A DNA stretch of 64,000 nucleotides, from NCBI GenBank assembly GCA_963718855.1, contig CAVRAA010000013.1, positions 230,074-294,073 on the forward strand. The letters run 5' to 3'. The notes beneath the pieces were generated by a model. That model was not told where the DNA came from, made no database searches, and worked only from the letters and a program-made list of their open reading frames with translations. The position numbers and the translations under genes are program-made. Positions 29,109 to 38,968 of this stretch are shown in pieces; within the stretch, counting starts at the first letter, position 1; every line of letters begins with the position of its first letter. The DNA comes from an uncultured Nitrospiraceae bacterium (GTDB lineage Bacteria; Nitrospirota; Thermodesulfovibrionia; Thermodesulfovibrionales; SM23-35).

Positions 29109-30365
29109 TTACTTCAGGAAAGCAGGGATCCGCTCATTGCGCACGAGGTCGTTATATGTCTCCCTTTGTCTGATCAGAAAATGCTCTCTGCCTTTCACCA
29201 TAACCTCCGCAGCCCGCGGCCTGCTGTTATAGTTGGAGCTCATCGAAAAGCCATATGCGCCGGCGCTCAGAACAGCAAGATATTCACCCTGCCTGATCCT
29301 TTTGAGTTCTCTCTGCCGGGCGAGGAAATCGCCGGATTCACATATCGGGCCGACAACATCGCAGAGGACCGTTCCCCTTTTTGTCCGTGTAACAGGCTGG
29401 ATATGATGATACGCTTCGTACAGTGACGGCCTGATGAGGTCGTTCATGCCCGCATCGACGATGACAAATTCCTTCTCAGGCCCTTTTTTCAGATAGAGCG
29501 TCCTGGTGACCAGTATGCCCGCGTTGCCGACGATCGACCTGCCGGGTTCCATAATCAACGTAAGCTTCCTGCCATCAAGCAGCGGGATAAGGTTGTCCGC
29601 CAGATCTTCAGGTACAGGGGGTTCCTCATCCTTGTAAGAAATGCCGAGCCCGCCGCCGATGTCGAGATATCTGATCGCAACCCCCTGAGCATTCAATTCA
29701 TCAATGAGGAACAGCACTCTCTTGAGCGCGTCGACAAACGGAGAGATCTTCGTAATCTGTGATCCGATATGTTTGTGAATGCCGACAACGCTGATATTTT
29801 TCAGCCGTGAAGCAAACTGGTAATATTCCAGTGCATCATCTATCGGGATGCCGAATTTATGTTTTTTCATCCCGGTAGTTATATACGGGTGTGTCTCCGG
29901 ATCGATATCAGGGTTTATCCGCAGCGCGATCGGCGCCTTCATCCTCATCTTGCCTGCGACTCTGTCGATCTCTCTCAGCTCATCTTCAGACTCAACATTA
30001 AACATGAGAATCTTTTTCTTCAGCGCAAACCGTATCTCATCCTCGGTCTTTCCGACTCCCGCATACACTATTTTCTTTGCCGGTATGCCTGCTTTCAAAG
30101 CAGCATGGAGCTCTCCGCCTGAAACAATGTCTGCCCCGCCGCCGCTCTTTGCAAAGAGCCTGAGGATCGCGGTATTGGGGTTGGCTTTTACGGCAAAGCA
30201 GATAATATGAGGATAACCGTTAAAGGCATCATCATATGCCTTAAAATGTCGCAAAAGCGTGTTGTAACTGTAAATGTATAAGGGAGTTCCGTATTGTTCG
30301 GCAAGCCGTTTGACCGGCACGTGTTCTGCAAAAAGCTCATTGCCCCGGTATTTGAAAAAATGCAT
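29109..30365 (-). CDS. lysA: diaminopimelate decarboxylase
   Basis: 418 aa. …FAVKANPN… PLP-Lys context, …GGGLGI…, …CESGD…. Confidence 0.93.
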   Translation of the reverse strand: MHFFKYRGNELFAEHVPVKRLAEQYGTPLYIYSYNTLLRHFKAYDDAFNGYPHIICFAVKANPNTAILRLFAKSGGGADIVSGGELHAALKAGIPAKKIVYAGVGKTEDEIRFALKKKILMFNVESEDELREIDRVAGKMRMKAPIALRINPDIDPETHPYITTGMKKHKFGIPIDDALEYYQFASRLKNISVVGIHKHIGSQITKISPFVDALKRVLFLIDELNAQGVAIRYLDIGGGLGISYKDEEPPVPEDLADNLIPLLDGRKLTLIMEPGRSIVGNAGILVTRTLYLKKGPEKEFVIVDAGMNDLIRPSLYEAYHHIQPVTRTKRGTVLCDVVGPICESGDFLARQRELKRIRQGEYLAVLSAGAYGFSMSSNYNSRPRAAEVMVKGREHFLIRQRETYNDLVRNERIPAFLK

Positions 30366-30515
30366 GGAATTCTCCGTATAACGATATTGGGTGCTGTTCG
30401 TATTGTACAGACATTTGATTGTAATCTCAAGGGGTTAAATGCCTGCATTTGCATTTCACACGAAGCGATATGTTACATTTTATAGTAGACAAACTAATCA
30501 ACAGCGGAGGACATT

Positions 30516-32478
30516 TTGGGGAAAAATATTGTAGAAAAAATAGTTGAAGCACATAAGGTTTCCGGCGAATTGAAAACTGATACGCCTGTTGGGGTAAGGG
30601 TCGATCAGGTATATACGCAGGATGCAACCGGAACAATGGCCTGGCTGCAGTTCGAAGCTATCGGGATCGACAGGGTCAAAGTTCCGCTTGCCGTCTCCTA
30701 CGTGGACCATAACATGCTCCAGCAAAACTTCATGAATCCCGACGATCACCTGTTCCTTCAAACCGCAGCTGCCAAATACGGGGCTTACTTCTCACGGCCC
30801 GGCAACGGCATTTGCCACCAGGTACACCTCGAACAGTTCGCAGCGCCGGGAAAGATCGCCCTTGGAACTGACAGTCATACACCGACAGGCGGCGGCATGG
30901 GGATGATCGCCATTGGCGTCGGCGGACTCGATGCGGCAACCGTAATGGGGGGAGCCCCTTTCGAATTGAATATGCCGAAGGTCGTGAAGATGAACCTGAC
31001 CGGGAAATTGCAGCGCCCATGGGTAACTGCCATGGATGTTATTCTCGAAATTTTGAGAAGACTCTCTGTCAAAGGGGGCGTCGGCAAGATATTCGAGTAT
31101 GGCGGACCAGGGGCAAAAGATTTGAGTGTGCCGGAACGGGCAACAATCACCAACATGGGGGCAGAACTCGGCGCAACCACATCTATTTTCCCCAGTGACA
31201 AAAAAACAAAGGCATATCTCGATGCAGTAGGGAGAGCTGGCGACTGGGTTGAAATCAAGGCAGACAAGGGCGCCAAATACGCCGAAGTCATTGACATCGA
31301 TCTCGGCAGCATCGAGCCGATGATCGCCCAGCCTCACAGCCCTGACAATGTCGTAACGGTGAAAAGTCTTACCGGGACAAAAGGTAGATCAGGTCTGCAT
31401 CGGAAGCTGCACAAACTCTTCGTATCAGGCGATGAAGACCGTTGCATCCATCCTCAAAGGGAATACCGTCGCAAAGGGTGTGAATCTCCTGATCAATCCG
31501 GGTTCACGTCAGGTATATGAGATGATCGCAAAAGAGGGACTGACTGCAGATATGATAGCTGCCGGCGCAAGAATGCTTGAATCGTCATGCGGTCCGTGTA
31601 TTGGCATGGGGGGAGCGCCGGGGAGCGGCCAGATTTCCGTGCGTTCCTATAATAGAAATTTCAAGGGGAGAAGCGGGACAAAGGACGCCTTTATCTATCT
31701 CGCAAGCCCGGTATCGTGTGCGGTATTTGCTTTGAGAGGAGAAATAATCGACCCGCGTGAATCAGGCCTGGGGATCACAAGTTTTAAAGAACCCAAAAAA
31801 TATCTGATAAACAGAAGTTTTATCATACCTCCAAAAGATGATACCTCCGGTGTCATTGTCATCAAGGGACCGAACATCAAGGAAATATCGGTGAAAGAAC
31901 CACTGATGGATTTGATTGAGGCAGAGGTACTGTTAAATCTGGGGGATAATATAACAACTGACGATATCATGCCTGCCGGTTCGGCTGTGCTGCCCTATCG
32001 CTCGAATATCCCTGCAATCTCCGAGTTCGTTTTCAGCAATATCGATGCATCATTCAGCAAACGTGCAAAGGAGGCAAAGTCGTCCGGCGGCGGTATTATC
32101 GTCGGCGGTGAGAACTATGGTCAGGGCTCGTCAAGGGAACATGCTGCAATCGCGCCCATGTTTCTGGGCGTGCAGGCGGTCATCGCAAAATCCTTTGCAC
32201 GGATTCACCGGTCGAATCTGATCAACTTCGGCATCCTGCCTCTTATGCTTGAGAATCCTGAAGACGCCGGCAAGGTCGAACAGGGAGACAGGCTGGTCAT
32301 GAAAGACCTGAAGAACACATTGGCAGGGGATCAATCGTTCCGTGTTTACAACAAGACCAGAGAGTATGCATTCACGGTAAAGTCAAATCTCAACGACAGG
32401 GAAAGAGAAATCATCCTGTCAGGCGGACTTCTGCCGAATACCAAGAAACACATACAGGTACCGGTCAGCGACGGGTAG
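30516..32478 (+). pseudogene. aconitate hydratase (Aquifex-type small aconitase family), one frameshift
   Basis: 30516-31520 and 31432-32478 join into one aconitase of about 650 aa (…GTDSHTPTGGG…, expected …VDQVCIGSCTNSSYQAMKTVASIL…, …CGPCIGMG…, swivel domain GENYGQGSSREHAA). By my reading there is an extra G near 31385-31390. TTG start with GCGGAGGA SD. Confidence 0.85.
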
Positions 32479-32484
32479 AATTTG

Positions 32485-32537
32485 GTAGCCGCAGGCTTTA
32501 GCCTGCGTTCATAGCGCAACCTAAAGGTTGCGGCTAC
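32485..32537. repeat. Repeat family C copy 2
   Basis: GTAGCCGCAGGCTTTAGCCTGCG…CAACCTAAAGGTTGCGGCTAC, directly after the aconitase stop. Confidence 0.85.
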
Positions 32538-32596
32538 CACATATCTAAACTATTTGACAAGAAAACCCTTAAAAGGTTAAATTAAGAATTACCTTC

Positions 32597-32672
32597 GGGC
32601 CGCTAGCTCAGTTGGTAGAGCAACGCCCTTTTAAGGCGTGGGTCGTTGGTTCGAATCCAACGCGGCTCACCA
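32597..32672 (+). tRNA. tRNA-Lys (anticodon UUU), CCA encoded
   Basis: Hand-folded cloverleaf: acceptor GGGCCGC/GCGGCTC, D arm GCTC…GAGC, anticodon arm ACGCC-CTTTTAA-GGCGT, T arm GTTGG-TTCGAAT-CCAAC. Confidence 0.9.
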
Positions 32673-32677
32673 AGAAC

Positions 32678-32755
32678 GTCCCTATCGTCTAGCCCGGCCT
32701 AGGACATCGCCCTTTCAAGGCGGTAACACGGGTTCAAATCCCGTTGGGGACGCCA
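32678..32755 (+). tRNA. tRNA-Glu (anticodon UUC), CCA encoded
   Basis: Acceptor GTCCCTA/TGGGGAC, anticodon arm TCGCC-CTTTCAA-GGCGG, T arm ACGGG-TTCAAAT-CCCGT. Confidence 0.9.
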
Positions 32756-32864
32756 ATTTTAATCGAAAACAGCGTTGACGCACTTTTCCCGATTATCGGA
32801 TTGTAGCAAAATTGAAACAGTCTCTTTTGATTCAATAAAAAAGAGTCTTCCGAAGGTCTCAAAT

Positions 32865-34037
32865 TTAGATAAGCCCTGCAAGAAATTTCCCGGCTGAAAT
32901 GATTCTTATTCCTTTTTCAAGCCTGTCTGTAGCAGGCTTCTTTACAACCTGATAGACATACGGGATTGAGAGTCTGTCTTTGAAGTAGGGAAGATGCGGG
33001 CACAGATCGGTCTCATTGAGCTTTGCCTCAACCGCAAACCAGGGCTTACCATCTATGGTTACAAGAAAGTCAACCTCGCGCTTGTCAACATCCCGCAAGA
33101 AGTGTAATCCTGCCTTGTACCCTTCATAGTCGGTTATGAAATGCACAAATTTCAGGAGATGGGAAGCCATCAGGTTCTCGAAACGGGCGGCCTCATCCTC
33201 AACCTCTGACCAGTCCCATAAATAAAGCTTGGGTTCTTTTTTGAGTGACCGTATTTTTTTCGCAGTGAACGGATAGATTCGGAAGTGATAATAAAAGGAT
33301 TCCAGAATTTCCATCCAGTGTGATACAGCGCGAAAACTCACCTCGAGGTCTTCCCTGATAGCGTTGATAGACAGCAAAGAACCGACCTTGAAAGGCAGGA
33401 TATCGCTCAGGAGTTTCATGTTGCCTATGTCCCTTATTGCCTCTACGTCAAAAATATCCTCTCGGAACATCCGTTCTATCTTCTCATTGTGCCAGCGCCT
33501 CAGCTGCTTTTTGTTCTGCTTCATAACAGGTTCGGGAAAACCGCCGAAAACGTCCATAGTGTCCATGGTATTCTGATGAAAACCCTGCCCCATCGGCAAT
33601 TCCTCTCGTATGGATGCCCTGAAATTTATACCTTCTATCTCTGCCAGGGTAAATGGATGAAGCCGGTAATAATGATACCTTCCCTGAAGCGAGTCACCTC
33701 CCCTGCGGTAAAGATCAAGCCGGGAGCTACCGGTGACAAGAAATTTATAGGTTTCTTTGAGTTTGTCATATTCGCCCTTAATAAGACCCTTCCACCGCCT
33801 GTATTTATGTATCTCGTCAAAGATGAGGAGTTCAGCATCTCCCGGCCAGATTGATGCGGTAATGGCCTTCCTGTCGGCCCTGTTATCCCAATTGAAATAT
33901 GTATGGTTCTTAAAATGCGTTGCGATGAAATTGCGGCAGAGGGTCGTCTTTCCGACCTGGCGCGGCCCGCCGACAAAGACCATCTTGTCTTTCAGGTCTT
34001 CAACAATATAAGGTGTCAGATAGCGGTCCTTCAGCAT
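32865..34037 (-). CDS. AAA-family ATPase with a DUF4143-like C-terminal domain
   Basis: 390 aa with Walker A GGPRQVGKTT and Walker B LLIFDEIH. The overall layout matches the AAA_14/DUF4143 ATP-binding protein family as I recall it. Confidence 0.7.
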   Translation of the reverse strand: MLKDRYLTPYIVEDLKDKMVFVGGPRQVGKTTLCRNFIATHFKNHTYFNWDNRADRKAITASIWPGDAELLIFDEIHKYRRWKGLIKGEYDKLKETYKFLVTGSSRLDLYRRGGDSLQGRYHYYRLHPFTLAEIEGINFRASIREELPMGQGFHQNTMDTMDVFGGFPEPVMKQNKKQLRRWHNEKIERMFREDIFDVEAIRDIGNMKLLSDILPFKVGSLLSINAIREDLEVSFRAVSHWMEILESFYYHFRIYPFTAKKIRSLKKEPKLYLWDWSEVEDEAARFENLMASHLLKFVHFITDYEGYKAGLHFLRDVDKREVDFLVTIDGKPWFAVEAKLNETDLCPHLPYFKDRLSIPYVYQVVKKPATDRLEKGIRIISAGKFLAGLI

Positions 34038-34049
34038 ATGTCTATTATA

Positions 34050-34095
34050 TAATAATTTTGCCTAAAAGCAAATTTATTAGCTAATAATTTTGCCT
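34050..34095. promoter_or_regulatory. 14-bp direct repeat TAATAATTTTGCCT x2 (34050-34063, 34082-34095) upstream of the ATPase gene
   Basis: Two exact copies whose starts are 32 bp apart, in an AT-rich region 13 bp upstream of the start codon. Possible operator or promoter element. Confidence 0.3.
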
Positions 34096-34297
34096 TCATA
34101 ATAATATATTCAAAGGGGCATAAGGGAAAGAATTAGAGAAAAACGCCCGGGGGCATATAAATTGATGCCAGAAGAGGAAGAGCCGGGTTAAACTGCTGTC
34201 CACCAAACGTAACATGAGATCGAAGTGTGAAACGACTGGAGTTTTTTATTTTCTGCGATTGATTTCAAAAAACATCGCTGTTGTTTTATCCTATGCC

Positions 34298-35264
34298 ATG
34301 AAAAGAACAGCCTCGTTGTTTTCGTTTCTTCTTATTATTGCAGTTCTCTCTGCTTCATCAGAGGCATTTGACGGCCCTCTGCAGGTGAAAAATCAGTTCC
34401 CGTTATTCCTGAATGTAAATGCGCCTTACCTGGAGTCAGCATCTCTTCAGGAATTCTTTTTCTGCAAGCCTTTCTCATTCGAGCATTTATCTTGTCGATA
34501 ATTCATCAGAATGGGATATCGGGCTTGATATGGAAATCACTGAGCTTAATCTCCGGTTCAGAAAAAGCATCAACAATTTTATCGAACTTGGAGTCGAGGT
34601 GCCTATACTCAGTTTCAATTCCGGCTTCATGGATGGTTTTCTCGACAGCTATCACGACACATTCGGCTTTCCCGATTATGGAAGGAGCGACAGACCGAAG
34701 AATGATTTTCTTTATGAAGTGAAGAAGAACGGTGGCGTGATTGTAAAAGGAGAAAGCGGACGCATCGCAATTGGTGATATAAGAGTAACTGTAAAGAAAA
34801 CTCTTCTGAAAGGCGACCCCGCGATCAGTGTTAAGGGAGAAATCGAACTTCCCACCGGAGAGCCTGAAACCGGTTATGGAAACGGGAGCATTGATACCGG
34901 CATCAGTCTGATGATGGATAAAAAATTCGGAGAGGTATGGAAAACGTATCTCAATCTCGGCGTGGTATTTCCCGGTGATCTGAAAGGACATGAGAGGGTG
35001 AATCTCGATCATTTTCTTTACGGCGGGGCTGCTGTTGAGGCCGCGTTGTGGAAAACTGTCAGCCTTCTCGGACAAGTATTCGTTCAGGGATCTCCATTCC
35101 CTGAAACCGACATTGACGCTGTTGACAGGACAGCGGTGCTGCTCTCATTGGGCGGCAGATATTATTCCGGCAATTCAAGCTTTGAGCTTTCCCTGACCGA
35201 AGACCCGAACACGTCGGGAGCGCCGGATTTTACATTAAATTGTACGTTTAGAAGAATATTTTAA
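34298..35264 (+). pseudogene. DUF3187-like outer-membrane protein, one frameshift
   Basis: Signal peptide MKRTASLFSFLLIIAVLSASSEA, then FDGPLQVKNQFPLFL…. The frame change is near 34445-34455 (an extra G by my reading). The sequence continues in ORF 34419-35264 and ends in an aromatic residue (…CTFRRIF). Confidence 0.6.
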
Positions 35265-35313
35265 TCGCCATTCCCGTTGAATCATTCACTGAATGAAATA
35301 ATATCTCCTTGTC

Positions 35314-35420
35314 GTCATTGTCCGGTCGGAGCGACTCCTCGCGGAGATCCGCATCGGACTTGACCGGACAATCCAGGCTTGTTGATAAGACTGGATTCCC
35401 CGATCAAGTCGTGGAATGAC
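35314..35420. repeat. Repeat family A copy 2 (with an internal insertion)
   Basis: GTCATTGTCCGG…CTTGACCGGACAATCCAGG…CTGGATTCCCCGATCAAGTCGTGGAATGAC. Confidence 0.75.
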
Positions 35421-35465
35421 ACCCCTGAAAATTTTCTCTGCCGGTCTGCTATTAATAAGACACCT

Positions 35466-35547
35466 GAGATTGCTTCGCACCGCTCGCAATGACCCGAAAC
35501 GCCTTTGCAATCAGTCATTGCGAAGGGTCTTATCCTGAAGCAATCTC
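35466..35547. repeat. Repeat family F palindrome (GAGATTGCTTCG…CTCGCAATGAC…GTCATTGCGAAG…GAAGCAATCTC)
   Basis: Nested inverted repeats. Single copy in this window. Confidence 0.6.
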
Positions 35548-35625
35548 TCTCTTTTTCATTGAGAATTGCTGAAATATTAAGCACTATCTTGTAAGCCTAT
35601 AAGCTTGTAAGCTATTATATCCATC

Positions 35626-36099
35626 ATGAAAAGTGCCAAAAAACTCAGGCCTGATTGGGATGAGTATTTCATCAACATCGCAAAAGCTGTTGCAACAAGG
35701 GCAACGTGTCTGAGAAGAACGTATGGGGCTGTAATTACAAAAGACAACATCATCGTAAGTACGGGATATAATGGCGCCCCTGCCGGCATGAAAGACTGCC
35801 TCGAAGTGGGGAAATGTACACGGAAAGAATTGCAGATTCCCCACGGCGAGCGGTATGAACTCTGTCATAGCGTCCACGCAGAAGCGAACGCGATCATCCG
35901 CGCGTCTGCTGATGAATTAAGGGGTGCGACCATTTACATTTCGGGCGCTGACGATGAAAACAACGAATGTTCTTCTGAACCGTGCATGATGTGCCAGAGG
36001 ATGATACTGAACGCCCGGATCGCAAAAGTAGTCTATTCAGATGGAAACAGCGGGTTTATTGTCGCAGATCCCGGAAAATGGCTCAAGAAAAGGGTTTAG
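35626..36099 (+). CDS. deoxycytidylate (dCMP) deaminase / ComEB family
   Basis: 157 aa. HAEANAI zinc motif and PCMMCQRMI (PCxxC) motif. Confidence 0.88.
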   Translation: MKSAKKLRPDWDEYFINIAKAVATRATCLRRTYGAVITKDNIIVSTGYNGAPAGMKDCLEVGKCTRKELQIPHGERYELCHSVHAEANAIIRASADELRGATIYISGADDENNECSSEPCMMCQRMILNARIAKVVYSDGNSGFIVADPGKWLKKRV

Positions 36100-36197
36100 C
36101 CGCAGCTGATGAGAACATTGCTCTGTTGTCAGGCCCGGAAAATACAGTTCATTGAGCAAACAGGGAGCTTGTAAACAGCCTCAAAACCCCGTAGCCT

Positions 36198-37751
36198 TTA
36201 TGCAGGCTTTGGCGTTGCCTTTCGAACTTTGACCCTTCTGCCTTTCAGCATGATATCGTTAAGAGAACGGATGCCCCTGTCGGAATACTCCTGCGACACT
36301 TCCACGAAAGTAAATTTTTCAAAGACATTGATTTTTCCGATCTCGGCAAAGGGAATCTGCGCCTCCGTGGTAAGCGATCGTACAATATCAGAGGCTGTTA
36401 TATTGTCCTTTCTGCCGATCGTCAAAAACAGGCGGACAGTACCGGCATTCTCTTTCTGCTCTTCTGCCGGCGATTCCTTTTTCTCTCCGTATGCGATATA
36501 CAGAGCTGCTGCTCCGATATCGTTGATATCATAGTTCTGGGACAGTTCCTTCACAGCAGAAACATATCCCTCATGCTTCTGTTCTGTGATGATCCCGGAA
36601 ATTTCCCTGATAATATTTTTCTCCCTCGCCTTTACGACATCTTCTGCTGACGGCAATTTCTTCTTGTTAATCACCGTCCTGGCGGTTTTTTCGATCAACC
36701 GCAAATGCCTGTATTCCCTGGGATTAACAAGGGTTATCGCGATTCCCGACTTCCCTGCCCTTCCCGTCCTACCGATCCTGTGGACATAACTGTCGGGATT
36801 CTGCGGGATGCTGTAATTCACTACATGGGTTACGTCCTTGATATCAAGACCCCGCGCCGCCACGTCAGTTGCAACAAGTATGTCGAGCATGCCTGTCTTG
36901 AATTTACCCATAACCTCATCCCTCTGTGCCTGTGTATAATCCCCGTGAAGGGCGCCTGCATTGTATCCCATCTGGCCAAGCTTCAGAGAGACTTCATCGA
37001 CATCCCGTTTGGTATGGCAGAAGATAATGGTAAGCTGCATGTCTTCCACATCAAGGAGTCGTGAAAGGGCATTAATTTTATCCGGTTCTCTCACCTCATA
37101 AAATATCTGTTTTATCTTCGGGATAACGACATCCTGCATGTTGACCCGTATCTTTTCAGGGTTTCTCATATAACGCCTGGCGATATTCATTATGGGCTGG
37201 GGCATCGTAGCTGAGAATAAAAGGCACTGCCTTTCTGCGGGGATTGATTTGAGTATCGTTTCCATATCTTCAACAAATCCCATGTCGAGCATTTCATCCG
37301 CCTCATCGAGCACGACAATCTTTACCTCAGCTAATGAGAGGGTCTTCCTGTTCAGATGGTCGATCACGCGACCCGGGGTCCCGACAACAACGTTTACGCC
37401 GCGCTGCAGGGTCTTTATCTGCCTTTCGATTGACGTGCCTCCATAGACCGGCAGAACGCTGATGTTTTTATGCTTTCCTATTTTATGAATCTCCTGGGCA
37501 ACCTGCACTGCCAATTCCCTCGTCGGTTCCAGTATGATTGCAAAAGGGATTCTCCCCTTATGACAGTTCTCTACAATCGGGATGCCAAACGCAGCGGTCT
37601 TCCCCGTGCCGGTCTGGGCCTGGCCCACGATATCACGCCCTCCAAGTATGAGCGGTATGGTGGAAACCTGAATAGGGGTAGGCTCCTCGAAGCCTATTTC
37701 CGATATTGACTTCATTGTTTCCTTGCTTAGATTAAAATCTTCGAATCTCAT
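36198..37751 (-). CDS. DEAD-box ATP-dependent RNA helicase (DeaD/CsdA-like, with a C-terminal RNA-binding extension)
   Basis: 517 aa. Q motif (F…GFEEPTPIQ), AQTGTGKT, DEAD (VLDEADEM), SAT, HRIGRTGRAG. Confidence 0.93.
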   Translation of the reverse strand: MRFEDFNLSKETMKSISEIGFEEPTPIQVSTIPLILGGRDIVGQAQTGTGKTAAFGIPIVENCHKGRIPFAIILEPTRELAVQVAQEIHKIGKHKNISVLPVYGGTSIERQIKTLQRGVNVVVGTPGRVIDHLNRKTLSLAEVKIVVLDEADEMLDMGFVEDMETILKSIPAERQCLLFSATMPQPIMNIARRYMRNPEKIRVNMQDVVIPKIKQIFYEVREPDKINALSRLLDVEDMQLTIIFCHTKRDVDEVSLKLGQMGYNAGALHGDYTQAQRDEVMGKFKTGMLDILVATDVAARGLDIKDVTHVVNYSIPQNPDSYVHRIGRTGRAGKSGIAITLVNPREYRHLRLIEKTARTVINKKKLPSAEDVVKAREKNIIREISGIITEQKHEGYVSAVKELSQNYDINDIGAAALYIAYGEKKESPAEEQKENAGTVRLFLTIGRKDNITASDIVRSLTTEAQIPFAEIGKINVFEKFTFVEVSQEYSDRGIRSLNDIMLKGRRVKVRKATPKPA

Positions 37752-37950
37752 TCGTTCGTGTCCTTTTGATATATTTTATTGTGAAACAGAAATCCTCCGG
37801 TAGTTTTATTGTCAGCATTTTACCGAATACGCTCTCAAATAAAAACCCCAGAGCTTTCAAAGCCTCTGAGGTCTCATGTATGCACTCTAAAAGCTTGTGT
37901 AGTATACCTTAACAATGCCATAAAAATCATTAATATTCAGTTACAGTGGG

Positions 37951-38003
37951 GTAGCCGCAGCCTTTAGGCTGCGCCAATCAACGCAGGCTAAAGCCTGCGG
38001 CTA
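37951..38003. repeat. Repeat family C copy 3
   Basis: GTAGCCGCAGCCTTTAGGCTGCG…CGCAGGCTAAAGCCTGCGGCTAC. Confidence 0.85.
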
Positions 38004-38072
38004 CAGAGTTTCACCCGTAACTAAAAGGTTACGTGAATAGAGAGATAAGATTTTATGGTATTATGTAAGCTT

Positions 38073-38918
38073 ATGGAACAACGATTGCAGAAAATCCTTT
38101 CCGAGATGGGGATTGCGTCAAGAAGGAAGGCGGAGGATCTGATCATCGAGGGCAGAGTTACCGTGAACGGACGGGTCGCAACCATAGGCATGAAGGCAGA
38201 TGCGGCAAAAGATCATATAAAGCTCAACGGGAAACTCCTCATAAGACCTGAACCAAAGGTTTACCTCATACTAAATAAACCCCCGCAGGTCGTTACATCC
38301 CTCCTTGATCCCGAAGGAAGGCCGACGGTAAAAGAGTTCATGAAGAAGGTAAAATATAGAGTTTATCCTGTCGGAAGGCTCGATTACGACTCTGAAGGGC
38401 TCCTTCTGCTGACCAATGACGGTGATTTTACCCAGGCATTGCTCCACCCCTCAAAAAAGATACCGAAGACATATCTCGTTAAGGTAAAAGGGGTCCCCGG
38501 GGAAGAACAGATACATAAATTACGATCAGGGATAAAACTTGAAGAAGGCATGACTGCTCCTGCAAAAATAGAGAAATTGAGGAAAACACAAAATAATGCA
38601 TGGTTTGAGATGACAATCCATGAAGGCAGGAAAAGACAGATACGGAGGATGTTCGATACTGTGGGGCATTCTGTCCTCAAGCTCAAACGGATACGGATCA
38701 ACGGCATTGAACTGAAAGACCTTAAGCCGGGAGAATACCGATATCTGACGCCGGGAGAGGTGAACAAAATAAAGAGAGAGGTTTCAGGAGGGCTTAAAGA
38801 TTCTCGCCTCAGCCGGGTTCGCACTCCACGGCGAGTCGCCGGGGTGAGCGGACAGGAGAGGCGATCAGACAGCTCCGATGGAAGAGAGGCTTCAGACGGG
38901 GCAGGCATGAATGGATAA
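38073..38918 (+). CDS. rluB: pseudouridine synthase, RsuA/RluB family, with a Ser/Arg/Gly-rich tail
   Basis: S4 domain (RLQKILSEMGIASRRKAEDLIIEGRVTVNG). Catalytic GRLDYDSEGLLLLTNDG. The start was set to the internal ATG at 38073. Confidence 0.85.
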   Translation: MEQRLQKILSEMGIASRRKAEDLIIEGRVTVNGRVATIGMKADAAKDHIKLNGKLLIRPEPKVYLILNKPPQVVTSLLDPEGRPTVKEFMKKVKYRVYPVGRLDYDSEGLLLLTNDGDFTQALLHPSKKIPKTYLVKVKGVPGEEQIHKLRSGIKLEEGMTAPAKIEKLRKTQNNAWFEMTIHEGRKRQIRRMFDTVGHSVLKLKRIRINGIELKDLKPGEYRYLTPGEVNKIKREVSGGLKDSRLSRVRTPRRVAGVSGQERRSDSSDGREASDGAGMNG

Positions 38919-38968
38919 AGAACAGAAGTGCCTATTCATTTCAGCGACTAATACTATTTGGAGGCAAC

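Noticed and set aside
30366-30515. Possible lysine riboswitch (L-box) upstream of lysA-dapF-dapA
   Set aside because: The 150-nt divergent intergenic region is too short and lacks the conserved L-box helices and core motifs as I remember them.
32597-34298. tRNA-flanked integrative island
   Set aside because: There is no integrase, no direct repeat of the tRNA 3' end and only one cargo gene. It is kept as a low-interest observation, not called as a mobile element.
35286-35877. Several 70-97-aa minus-strand ORFs in the repeat-rich region upstream of and overlapping the dCMP deaminase gene
   Set aside because: They are composed of family A/F palindromes or lie antisense to the well-supported deaminase CDS.
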